Below the pieces are notes generated by a model, which saw only the letters and a list, made by a program, of their open reading frames with translations, was not told the DNA's origin and did not search any database. From Octopus vulgaris (Eukaryota), in contig OX597830.1 in NCBI GenBank assembly GCA_951406725.2, forward strand, positions 20,212,001 through 20,276,000: 64,000 nt of DNA, read 5' to 3'. The translations under genes and the position numbers were made by a program. Position 1 is the stretch's first letter, and each line of letters starts with the position of its first letter. Below, piece by piece: positions 27,496 to 42,430 of this stretch.

Positions 27496-27944
27496 GCTAC
27501 CGTATATATCGCACGCATGTATGTAGTAAAGAAGATCGCTTTGTGTCTCCGCGGTTTCAGGTTCAGTCCCACTACGCGGTACCTTGGAAAATGTCTTCTA
27601 TAATTCTGGACTGACAAATGCCTTGTGAGTGAATTTGGTACGCGGAAAAAAAAACTGTGGGTACTCAATTTATTTCGTGTTCGACCCTCGATTTACAAAT
27701 TGGTCATGTGAATAGGAAGTGAGAAATAGCTTGTAAGGATTACTATGAGCTGAGGAGGACAATTCAATTCGCGGGGTTCGATTTGGGGTAAAATACGTAA
27801 AGTGGTATTCATCTGGATTTACTTAATCCTTAATTTCCTTCTTTATATCTCTTATCTTTTACTTGTTTAATTGTTAGACTGCGGCCATGCTGTGGCACCG
27901 CCTTCAAGAATTTTCAGTCGAATAAATCGAATACACACGCACAC

Positions 27945-28009
<65 letters not shown>

Positions 28010-28014
28010 TTTTC

Positions 28015-28415
28015 TCTTTTTTCTCTCTTTTACTTGTTTTAGTCATTTGACTGCGGCCATGCTGGAGCACCGCTTTAGCCGAGCAAATCGACCCCAGGAC
28101 TCATTCTTTTGAAGTCTAGTACATATTCTATCGGTCTCTTTTGTCGAACCGCTAAGTTACGGGGTCGTAAACACACCAGCATCGGTTTTCAAGCGATGTT
28201 GTGGGGACAAACATAGACACACAAACATATACACACATACATATATACATATATACGACGGGCTTCTTTCAGTTTCCATCAACCAAATCCACTCACAAGG
28301 CTTTTGTCGGCCCGAGGCTATAGTAGAAGACGCTTGCCCAAGGTGCCACGCAGTGGGAATGAACTTGGAACCATGTGGTTGGTAAGCAAACTACTTACCA
28401 CACAGCCACTCCTGT
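28015..28415 (-). mobile_element. SINE family A; partial copies also at 27515-27650 (+), 27845-27930 (-) and 28480-28612 (+)
   Basis: Matches 6361-6766. Confidence 0.9.
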
Positions 28416-28609
28416 GCTTATATATATGTCTGAGAGAGAGACAGACAGACAGATAGACGGAGTGTGTGTGTGTGTACAAATATAAGAAGTTTGCTTCCCA
28501 ATCACAAGGTTCCGGGTTCACTTCCTTGGGCAAGTGTCTTCTGCTATAGCCTCTGGCCGACCAAATCCTGTGAGTGGATTTGGTGGACAGAAACTGAAAG
28601 AAGTCCATC

Positions 28610-28814
<205 letters not shown>

Positions 28815-28885
28815 CACACACACACTCCGTCTATCTGTCTGTCTGTCTCTCTGTCTGTTTGTCTGTCTGTTTCTCTCTCTCTCCC

Positions 28886-28934
<49 letters not shown>

Positions 28935-29149
28935 TCACAGCCGTTTCCATCTGTCCATCTCACATCCCATAATTCCTTTCCTTTAAATATTATTACTCAA
29001 CGCTCTCCCAGCTCCTCTTCGAGTCGCATCCCTTACCCTAAACATACCTTCGTTTCTATCATATATAAGGCATTGCACCATGTCCCCATTCGTTTCCACC
29101 CGGCTTTGAAACACCGCAGTTCGGGTAGACATCCTCACAGCACATCACT

Positions 29150-31770
<2,621 letters not shown>

Positions 31771-31925
31771 AAGATAATTATTATGTACAGTATGATAGAG
31801 GACATGGCGCTCTCTCCTTAAATATTAAATTGGATAAATGAAAATTGCAAATGTTTATATTTTATATTTGTTATTTCTATATTTATTTATTGTTTAGTTA
31901 TTTATTATTATCATCATTATTATTA

Positions 31926-31968
<43 letters not shown>

Positions 31969-32092
31969 TGTTGTTTGCATTTATTTGGTGTGTTTTATTG
32001 CGTTCATTGTTTGTATTTATTATGTTTATTTATTGCTCTTCTATTTTCAATTTGATCCCAACTAAGATAAGTGAAATAAATCAACACTTCGC

Positions 32093-32146
<54 letters not shown>

Positions 32147-32271
32147 TCTCTCTCCTATCTCTCTCACACACACACATTCACACACACACACACAATTCTA
32201 AATACATACCTCTATACACATACACCTACTTCCACAGACACGCACAATTACGAGAGATAGACATTTATATA

Positions 32272-32313
<42 letters not shown>

Positions 32314-32590
32314 TACCTATACATATATATATATATACATGTATTACATCTATCTATATATCTATTTATCTCTGTGTGTGTATAAATATATACATACATA
32401 CATACATACATACATACATACATACATAAATATCTATATGTGTGTATGTATGCATGTATGTATGTATGTATGTATGTATGTATGTATGTATGTATATCTA
32501 TATACATTTCCATATACACAGGCGCTGGTATCTACAACGTGTATATTCACACGAACATAAAACAAGATAATAATTATGTGTGTAATTGTA

Positions 32591-32627
<37 letters not shown>

Positions 32628-32925
32628 GTTAAGTATGTATGCATATGTACATGTGTATGTGTGCATATATATATATATATATATGATTATTATCCATGTC
32701 TGTATGCATATGTGCGTGTGTGTATGTTATGTATATATAAATAGGTATGCATATGTACATATAGATATATGTGTGTGTGTGTGTGTTTGTGTGTGTGTGT
32801 ACGTAATTTGGTACATATAATTGTAGATACGTCCCAAACACACACGTTCACTTGTTCACATACTTGTATGTCCATCAGTGTTTGCATATGTGAGTGTGCA
32901 TGTGAGTGTGTATACTTGTGTATAC

Positions 32926-32958
<33 letters not shown>

Positions 32959-33394
32959 CGTATCTGTGTGTGTGTATGTGCGCGTGTGTTTGCACACGTG
33001 CGTATGTATAAATGCAGTTGTTTATCATTTTTATTGCTCCATCCACGTTATCATCGGTGAGTCGCACAATTCAAGCCATCAATTGTCTTGTCCCCATGCT
33101 TGTTACATTTATTGCTGCGGTGATGTATATTCCGTGTGTACACGCCTTATCTCTTCCTCCTCCTCGACCCCCTCCTCTTCCACTCGCCCCTGCCACTCCC
33201 CGACTTTCACAGTCCACCGTCGGTTCTTGTATATTCTCTCAATGTATCCAACACACCACAGAATATTAAGGTACGAGCCAGAGGTACGGCCTGCGAGAAA
33301 TAGCAAACAAATTTCCCTCTAATCATACATCTTTCTGTGCCCTTATGGTATTTGCAAAGGGAGGTCATCCCTCTCTCGTAAACCTAAGTGACAC

Positions 33395-33437
33395 GCACGG
33401 ACTGCAGTTTCTAGGTATTTGCCTGTCTTCGGCGTAC
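33395..33437 (-). ncRNA. Minimal type I hammerhead (C4 variant), left arm
   Basis: Reverse complement identical to 33472-33514. Confidence 0.6.
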
Positions 33438-33471
33438 GGCAATCATCGAAAACCGAAAATCGGTGATTGCC

Positions 33472-33514
33472 GTACGCCGAAGACAGGCAAATACCTAGAA
33501 ACTGCAGTCCGTGC
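33472..33514 (+). ncRNA. Minimal type I hammerhead (C4 variant), cleavage after GUC at 33509
   Basis: GTACG-CCGAAGA-cAGG-caaata-CCTa-GAAA-C-TGCA-G-TC-CGTGC. Stem I 5 bp; palindromic loop III. Confidence 0.65.
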
Positions 33515-34544
33515 GTATCACTTAGGTTTACGAGTGAGGGATGACCTCCCTTTGCAAATACCATAAGGGCACAGAAAGTGTGCCTAAAGCCAGCTGGAAA
33601 CGATGATCTCCTGGGACTAAAAGCTATAGTAACACCCATCCTTAGTGGTTAGCCATATTGAGATGGCTAGTATACTTTATGTTGTCGAGCGGTTACTGTT
33701 TACATCTCATTCAGAGATTTATTATTGTATACATCTTTGTCAAACTAAAAAAAAAAAACAAAGACAAAATTGAAAAGGTTGCAAGACGCAACGAAAATTT
33801 TAGGAAAATAAAAATAAGGAAAAAGTGGAAATTTTACCGGTAAGTGTATTAAATTATAAGGCACAAAAAGGGAATGACTCACCCCAAAGACAAAATATTT
33901 TATTTTTATTTGTTTTACTCATTAGACTGCGGCCATTCTGGGGCACTTCCTTCAAAAATTTCAATTGATCCAATCACCCCCAGTGCGTTTTTTTTTCGCT
34001 TTTAGCTTGTTTCAGTCATTTGACTGCGGCCATGCTGTGGGACTGAACCTGGAACCATGTGGTTGGTAAGCAAGCTACTTACCCCAAAGTCACTCCTGCG
34101 CTTATTTAATTTTTTAAGACTGACACTTACTCTATTAGCCCCCTTTTATCGAACTGCTAAAAATAAGTACCAATTGAGCCCTGAAGTTTGATGTTATCGA
34201 CCGGCCCCGTCCACTGAATTTCCGGCCTTGTGCCTATTGTAGAAAGAATTATCATCATATTTTTGACATAGCATCTTGGGACTAGACTTGGTTGTGTAGT
34301 AAACAGTGTGCTTCTCAACCACAAGGTTACGGTTTTAGTCCCACTGCGCAGCACCTTCTCTCGGGCCGACCAAGTCTTTATGAATAGATTTGGTGGACGG
34401 AAACACAAAGAAGTCCGTCGTATATACCTACACACACACACACACACACACACATATCTCTGTGTGGTGTTGCTGTGTTTACGTCCCCATTTTCGTTCTG
34501 AGTTCAAATTCCGCCGAATCAGATATATTTTACATTCTTTCAGG

Positions 34545-34784
34545 GTTAGGGTTCCCCACCTGGACGGGACGCCGGTCCATCGCAGGTGAGCTGCAAGATG
34601 CAGGAGGAAAGAGTGAGAGAAAGTTGTAGCGAAAGTGTCAGAAGTTCGCCATTACCTTCTGCCGGAGCCGCGTAGAGCTTAGGTGTTTCGCTCATAAACA
34701 CACACATAACCCTGTCTGAGATTCGAACCCGCGATCCTTCGACCGCGAGTCCGCTGCTCTAACCACTAGGCCATGCGTCTCCAC
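34545..34784 (-). mobile_element. tRNA-derived SINE family C variant
   Basis: The reverse complement starts gtggagacgcatggcctagtggttagagcagcggactcgcggtc...ggttcgaatctc. Confidence 0.8.
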
Positions 34785-35207
34785 GTCTAACAACAATGCC
34801 TTCCAGTATATTTGCTCCGTTTTCTTTACGTTTTGAGTTCAAATCCTAGCGCGGTTAACATTGCCATTCAGCGTTTCAGGCATACTAAAATAAATGGTCA
34901 GTCTCGAATGATGGCAGACTGAGAGAATTATCAGAATGTGCGTGAAACGAAAAATGCTTTATTGCAGTATTTGTTCCGGGTTTTTATGGTTTGAGGTCAA
35001 ATCATACCGGGGTCAAGTTTACTTTGCATCTTCCTGGGGCCGATAAAATAAAGTACCTTATCAAGTACTAGAGTTGAATTAAACGACTTCGGGTTTGTAC
35101 GAACGTTCAATGAACCAGAACGGTACAAATGTTCAGCAACTGTGTGGGACTCCGAAAGCAGGTGAAGCGAAACGCTCGTCACAGCACTTACATCAATATA
35201 TTACTGT

Positions 35208-35259
<52 letters not shown>

Positions 35260-35742
35260 ATACACACGCACACGCACACACACATGCACACACTCATACA
35301 AGCGTGACTGTGTTATTAAGAAGATCGCTTTGCAACCATCTGGTTTCGAGGTCAGTCCCAATGTGTGGCACAATGGGCAAGGTACTTCTGCTATAGCTTC
35401 GGATCGACGAAAGCTTTGAAGTGAATTTGGTAGACGGAAACTCTGTAGAAGCCTGTTGCATTTATTTGTTGAACAGTAATCACTCGCCCTATCGCGGTTC
35501 ACCTACCGCGCCCTCAGGACATCGCGGATTCTTCTGGCTAATATATGTAAATTTATATCGCGGACTCCTCAGTATATCACGGGTTTCTGCGGCCGATTGG
35601 TATTCATGTTAATTATTTCTATGATAAAATAAGCATTTTCAAGCATAACAATTAATAAACTAATAATTAAAAATAGATTACAGTACTGCACTGTATAACA
35701 CATTAATTAAAAATATTAAAAGAAAATACGTAGTGTACCGTA

Positions 35743-36127
35743 GTGGAGGCGCAATGGCCCAGTGGTTAGGGCAGCGGAGTCGCGGTCGTAGGATCGTGGT
35801 TTCGATTCCCAGACCGGGCGTTGTGAGTGTTTATTGAGCGAAAACACCTAAAGCTCCATGAGGCTCCGGCAGGGATGGTGGTGATCCCTGCTGTACTCTT
35901 TCACCACAACTTTCTCTCACTCTTACTTCCTGTTTCTGATGTGTCTGTATTTCAAAGGGCCGGCCTTGTCACTCTCTGTGTCACGCTGAATATCCCCGAG
36001 AACTACGTTAAGGATACACGTGTCTGTGGAGTGCTCAGCCACTTACACGTTAATTTCACGAGCAGGCTGTTCCGTTGATCGGATCAACCGGAACCCTCGT
36101 CATAGTAACCGACGGAGTGCTTCCACC
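35743..36127 (+). mobile_element. tRNA-derived SINE family C, full length, with TSD
   Basis: A-box tggcccagtggtt, B-box ggtttcgattccc. TSD agtgtaccgta at 35732-35742 and 36128-36138. Near-identical to 60671-61053. Confidence 0.92.
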
Positions 36128-36254
36128 AGTGTACCGTAGATGAATAAACAAAGAATCGTACGTAACGTATGGAAAATGAAACCCGGATGGCGAGTGTGTG
36201 GTGTTGTCTTGCATTTATAACAAAATAAATATATACAAATAATCTTTTCTTCGC

Positions 36255-36430
36255 TAGGCACAAGGATCGAAGTTTCGGGGAAGGGGGATAGTCGGTTAGA
36301 TCGAACCCAGTACGCAACTGGCACATAATTTATCGACCTCGGCGGAATTTGAACTCAGAACGTAACGGCAGACGAAATACGGCTACGCATTTCGCCCGGC
36401 GTGCTAACGTTTCTGCCATCTCGCCGCCTT
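36255..36430 (-). mobile_element. SINE family B with an internal deletion
   Basis: The reverse complement starts aaggcggcgagatggcagaaacgttagcacg. Confidence 0.8.
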
Positions 36431-37031
36431 AAAAAATATATATAGTACAGTACTGTTACTACTTTTCAGATTTTCATCTACCGTGGGGTTTTTTGGAACG
36501 TAACACCCGCGATAGTCGAGGGGTTACTGTATACCTTAATTTCCCATTTATATCATCTCTTATATAAAATCCGTTCTGTTTGTTTGTGTGTGTGTGTGGC
36601 TTCTAGGTTCTCGGGCATCCTCCATCCGATTGCACTCAAATTTGATATGTAAATGCTGACGGTATCAGGGCGTGTATAAGTCTTGAAAATATTACAAAAT
36701 TCAATTCCAGGTGAGAATGCGATCGATAACGCCGTGGGAAATTGTTTTTCTTTGGAACATAAAAAAGTCTATCTTTATTTCTTTTGCTGGTGTCTCAAAT
36801 TTAGGTTAAATCAGTGTTTCTTAACGGGGAGGCCTATGGGAGGGTCGGACAAATTGTTTTGGGAAAATTTGGTTTAAATGTTTGACAACTCAGCACCGTC
36901 CATTGGACGGGAGACGTTTTCCTCGTATTATATATGATGTTATATACCTTAATTTGCCATTTATATATATATACAAACTCCAAGAAGAAATCTTGCGAAA
37001 CTGAATTTATTTTAACGAGATGCTTTTTGAA

Positions 37032-37144
37032 ATCACCTGAGAAGACTCATCTACACCGACAGATATACCTAAACCGGATGTTCAGTATCCCACCCACGAG
37101 AGATCGATGCTAGATAGGTCGAAAGAATTGTGGTGATCAATAAA
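37032..37144 (+). ncRNA. Degenerate type I hammerhead followed by AATAAA (PLE terminal repeat-like)
   Basis: ATCAC-CTGAGAA-GAC...GTC-GAAA-gaattg-TG-GTGAT-cAATAAA. Stem I is 5 bp, but the core has A8 and G17 substitutions. Confidence 0.4.
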
Positions 37145-37226
37145 GATTCTCGTATCTTCCACTTTCCGTCTCTCCCATTAATCAAATATACAAATATGTG
37201 TGTGCGTATAAGTGTGAATAAATGAG

Positions 37227-37263
<37 letters not shown>

Positions 37264-37927
37264 TCAAAAATTGCGTAGAAGGATGCCAAAGGAATACTCG
37301 GAAAATTCACAAACAAGACGTGGACATGCTTTTTCCTCATCAGTTATTGTCTCAAAATCATAACAGCGAATGTGCCTGCGCATCCTACGATCGCTGAAAA
37401 CCGGTGTTGCTTTGTTTACGATCCCGTAAATAAGCGGTTCAGCAAAAAAAAAAAAAAAAAAAAAAAAACAGGGTGATAATTAGTGCCAGAATTGAACCAC
37501 GTATGGGTGGAGATCGATTTATTCGACTGAAGCCCTCAATACGGTGCTCCAGCATGGTCGTACCCCAAGGATTGAGTCAAGTAAAAGATTCTTTAAAAGC
37601 GAATGCGCTTTAAAAAAGGAAGTAGGAGAAATGCGAAAAAAAAAATGGGAGTGGAAAAAAAGTTGTCTCTTTGTTAAAGAATCAATCCACCGTTTTGAAA
37701 ACATTAGACCGCTTCGAAGTAACCTGATATATTGATTTCAGATTTAGGCACAGAGCCAGCAATTTCGAGGTGTAAGTCGATTGCATCGATCCCAGTACTC
37801 AAAAGGTATTTATTTTATCGACCCCGAAATGATAAATGGTAACGTCAACTTCGGTGAAATTTGAACTCTGAACGCGAAGACGACGAAATGCCGCTAAGCA
37901 TTTCGTCCGGCATGACTTACGATTCTT

Positions 37928-38690
37928 ATCTTTTTACTGCCCACAAGGGGTTATACACAGAGGGGACAAACAAGGACAGACAAACGGATTAAGTCAATTA
38001 TATCGACCGCAGTGCGTAACTGGTACTTATTTAATCGACCCTGAAAGGATGAAAGGTGAAGTCGACCTCGGCGGAATTTGAACTCAGAACGTAGTGGCAG
38101 ACGAAATACCTGTTTCTTTACTACCCACAAGGGACTAAACACAGGGGGGACAAACGAGGACAGACAAACGGATTAAGTCGATTACATCGACCCCAGTGCG
38201 TAACTGGTACTTAATTTATCGATCCCGAAAGGATGAAAGGCAAAGTCAACCTCGGCGTAATTTGAACTCACAACGTAACGGCAGACAAAAAACCTATTTC
38301 TTTACTACCCACAAGGGGCTAAACACAGAGAGGGCAGACAAGGACTGACAAACGGATTAAGTCGATTACATCGACCCCAGTGCGTAACTGGTACTTAATT
38401 TATCGACCCCGAAAGGATGAAAGGCAAAGTCAACCTCGGCGTAATTTGAACTCACAACGTAACGGCAGATGAAATACCTATTTCTTTACTACCCACAAGG
38501 GGCTAAACATAGAGAGGACAAACAAGAACAGACAAACGGATGAAGTCGATTAAGGTACTTATTTAATCGACCCCGAAAGGATGAAAGGCAAAGTAGACCT
38601 CGGCGGAATTTGAACTGAGAACGTAAAGACGGACGAAATACCGCTAAGCATTTCGTCCGGCGTGCTAACGATTCTGCCAGCTCGCCGCCT
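37928..38690 (-). repeat. Head-to-tail tetramer of SINE family B (one head plus four ~183-bp bodies)
   Basis: Units start at ~37928, ~38111, ~38295 and ~38480. Junctions read ...aaataggtatttc.tctgccgttacg on the minus strand. Another degraded copy lies at 37735-37925. Confidence 0.88.
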
Positions 38691-38807
38691 TGGTAACCTG
38701 TTTTATTAGAAATAAAAACGAAAGTGTTTCAAATCGCATCCTACCATGTGAAAAATGACACCAGCGAAAAAGGAACGTGGTTATTCGACTGGAAACTCTT
38801 GCTGATG

Positions 38808-38842
<35 letters not shown>

Positions 38843-38974
38843 ACTGCTTATTTTTGCTTATGGATTAAGAAAGAGAGTGATTACTATGAGATGAGAGAAA
38901 GAAAGGGTGAATATTCTTCTCAAGGGGAGAGAACTGCCTTTAGGTCTTTATTTTTATTTTTATTTTTTTTTACT

Positions 38975-39390
38975 TTTTATCTTTTATGTTTTACTTGTTT
39001 TAGTCATTAGACTGCGGTCAGGCTGGAGCACCGCCTTGAGGTATTCTAGTCGAACTAATGGACAGCACTATGTATTGTCTTTGTAAACCTGATAGTTATT
39101 CTATCAGTCACTAATGAAGAACCGCTAAGTTACGGGGATGTAAAACAAATCAACACGGGTTGTCAGGGTGTGGTAGGGGACAAGCACACACACACACACA
39201 CACACATACATACATATATATATATATGATGGGCTTCTTTCAGTTTCTGTCTACCAAATCCACTCATAAGGCCTTGGTCAGCCCAACGCTATAGCAAAAG
39301 ACACTTGCCTAAGGTGCCACGCAATGGGACTGAACCCGGAACCATGTGGTTAGGAAGAAAAATTCTTACCACAGAGCCACGTCTGCTCCT
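38975..39390 (-). mobile_element. SINE family A, diverged
   Basis: Matches 6361-6766. Confidence 0.85.
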
Positions 39391-39531
39391 TTTTTTCACA
39401 GACCTTTTTCCTGTGGGTGTCAAGAGGGAAAGCAATATATAATATTTCTATATTACCATGAATTTAAAAACAAAGCACATTCGACTAATGTAGTCCAAAA
39501 AACATTGTGCGTGAAAAGTAGAAAGAGACGC

Positions 39532-40030
39532 AATGGTCACAGCTGGAACGTCATTCGGTCATAAGTCTATTATATCCACTATTTTTGTGTATAAGGAAGA
39601 CACAAGAAAGTAACATAAAATGCTAGAAATAACAGCGAAAATATCAAATCAAGACCTATCATCGGAATGGTCACTGCTGGAACGTCATTTGATCCTAAGT
39701 CTATTTATCCACCATTTTGAATATTAGGGAGACACAAGAAAGTAACCTAAAATGCTAGAAATAACAGTGAAAATATCAAATCAAGACCTATCGTCGGAAT
39801 GGTCACAGTTGGAACGTCATTCGGTCATAAGTCTATTCACCTACCATTTTGAATATAAGGGAGACACAAGAAGGTAACCTAAAATGCTAGAAATAACAGC
39901 GAAAAGATCAAATCAAAATCTATCGTCGGAATGGTTAAAACTACAATAGCATTCGATCGTTAAGTCTGTTCATTTACCATTTTCAGTGTAAGAGGACCGC
40001 TATATGTCTGATCTGCTAGAAATAACAGCG
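39532..40030. repeat. ~132-bp tandem repeat x3.7
   Basis: aatggtcac.g.tggaacgtcatt at ~39532, ~39666, ~39798 and (diverged) ~39930. Each unit contains tgctagaaataacag. Confidence 0.9.
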
Positions 40031-40418
40031 ACAAAAGTATTATCGTTTGAGTAGGGATCACTCAGTGCTAAACAGAATCTCAAACAACAATAGGTATAAT
40101 TGATCGGTTCTGCCTAGCAAGAACCGATCTCATGGAATTTTATTAAAAAATATTTTATAAAAATGTAGCAAAAACTAACGATGAATAAACAAACATAATA
40201 GTTTATTCCATTTTGTAGTGAAGGTAGAACAGGTTCCGTATCCAATAAAATTAAAAACAAAAACAAAAAACGAAATGAAATAAAATCAAAATATATTTTA
40301 GGATCGATAATTGAACATTAATGAAATATGGGCAGGAATAACTTCAAATAGAATTGAAAACATCAAGTGATTCAGAGATAGTAAAAATCTAACAAGTGGA
40401 TCTCTATATTTGTGCGAA

Positions 40419-40451
<33 letters not shown>

Positions 40452-41187
40452 TGTGTGAGTGTGTGTGTGTGTGAGAGTGTGTGTTTCCCCCGTCCCACTC
40501 GCTTTATCTCTTCCTTTAACACGTGCCTGTGGACATACATATGCATACATGCACAAAACACAGACACACACACATATATATTTATACGTGTAAATATATA
40601 TGAATATAATTATATATATATATATATGCATATGTGTATATATATATATGTATATACATATTAGTATAACTATATTCATACATATGTGTATAATAAGTGA
40701 GAATATATGTATATATCAAGGAAAGAGGTTTATTATGCACATATATTGTATGTATACATGTATATATGTATATATATATGTATGTATGTGTATATATATA
40801 TATGTATACAAATATATATATATGTATATGTAAATGCATATATGTATATATGTACATATATATATGTGTATATACATATATATATATACATGTATATATA
40901 TATATATATACATGTATATACATATATATATATATACATATATATATACATATATATATGTATGTGTATATATGTATGTATGTATATATATGTATGTACA
41001 TATATATATTTATATATATATATATATATGTATATATGTGCATGTAAATATATATGTATATACATAATGTATATATATGTATATGCATATATACATATAT
41101 ATATATGTATACATATAAACGCACAAATATATATATATATATATATACAGACACACACGCACACACACACACACACATAGACACACA

Positions 41188-41265
<78 letters not shown>

Positions 41266-41481
41266 ACGGGCTTCCACCACAGTTTCGTCCCCCAAATTCA
41301 CTCCAATGACATTAGTCTGGCTGGGGCTATAGTTGAAAACATTAATCCCAAGTATTGCGCAGTAGCACTGAACCCGAATATGTATATATCTACGTATGGA
41401 TGCATGTACATACGTTTGTAAGTGTCTATGTATGTATAAGTATAAATATATACCTGTACATGTATTTTTTATATATGTGTG

Positions 41482-41556
<75 letters not shown>

Positions 41557-41611
41557 AGTGAATTGAAGAAATGGAGTCGAACGAAGATTGAACAGAAATC
41601 GTTTTATTGCA

Positions 41612-41691
41612 TTCTACATGTGTTTCGAAAGGCACAATTTACCAAATTCCGATTGAATAAGGAGACCATATTGTGTCTTTCTCTTCAGGAA
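41612..41691 (-). ncRNA. Type I hammerhead with a canonical core, in a PLE-like repeat (41553-41838)
   Basis: TTC-CTGAAGA-GAAAGaCACAAT...ATTGTGcCTTTC-GAAA-C-acat-G-TA-GAA, then tgcAATAAA. Flanked by (TA)n. Confidence 0.7.
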
Positions 41692-41835
41692 GAAATAGGA
41701 AATCCGTTGGAAAAAACAAAAACAGAACAGAGGCGGAGCAAAACAAATCGAACGAGGCTCCTAAGAGCCCATGGCCAAACTGTTTATCAAAGCTTTTTGA
41801 TTAATCTGCAACAAGATTATTCATCTTTCTATTTC

Positions 41836-41871
<36 letters not shown>

Positions 41872-41909
41872 CATATATAAAGAGAGAGGAGGGGTGGGGA
41901 GTGTATTAA

Positions 41910-42041
41910 GACACATTTGAGCTGCGTACACCTGAGCAACCTGAAATAAAGTACCTTGATCACAGACACAACAAATCATGCTCTTCAGGAATCGAACCCG
42001 TGATCGTATAATCATGAGCGCAGTATTCTAACCATTAGGCC
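41910..42041 (-). mobile_element. tRNA-derived SINE head, diverged
   Basis: Reverse complement tggcctaatggttagaatactgcgctcatga...cgggttcgattcctg. Confidence 0.65.
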
Positions 42042-42361
42042 AGGGAATATTTGTAGTGGCGTATTCGATGGAAGGAGTTAGGACGGACGAAACTGAAGTT
42101 GAAATGAAACACAATCAATAAATGGGTCAATATATGAATAATGAATAATGAATAATGAATAAACGGATGAAAGAATGTATGAAATATAAACGGTAGATGA
42201 AAAGTCAGATAGGGTTCAAAGTTATCTAGTGTAAGGGCTCTCGCTATGGGCATGTATGTGGCTGAGTGGTAAGAAGCTTGCTTACCAACCACATGGGTCC
42301 AGGTTCAGTCCCGCTGCGTGGCATCTTTCAAATGACTGAAACGTGTAAAAGAGTAAATAAG

Positions 42362-42428
<67 letters not shown>

Positions 42429-42430
<2 letters not shown>

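Larger units (their letters stand above)
33331..33578. mobile_element. Near-perfect palindrome (arms ~119 bp, loop ~9 nt) of a PLE-like terminal repeat with a hammerhead in each arm
   Basis: ctttctgtgcccttatgg...ggcaatcatcga pairs with tcggtgattgcc...ccataagggcacagaaag, with ~3 mismatches. Confidence 0.85.
35474..36529. mobile_element. Tigger/pogo-like non-autonomous DNA transposon containing two nested SINEs
   Basis: TIRs cagtaatcactcgccctatcgcgg / ccgcgatagtcgaggggttactg-TA. A shorter copy lies at 44067-44277. Confidence 0.8.

Noticed and set aside
35743-35815. tRNA-Arg-like sequence
   Set aside because: It is the head of a TSD-flanked multi-copy SINE and the acceptor stem is not intact, so it is not called a tRNA gene.
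35827-36078. 83-aa ORF conserved with 60718-60969
   Set aside because: The similarity reflects two young copies of the same non-coding SINE.
37295-37350. Minus-strand CTGATGA followed by a GGAAAA/TTTTCC stem
   Set aside because: No GAAA or stem III (it reads GAG-TATT); at best a dead remnant.
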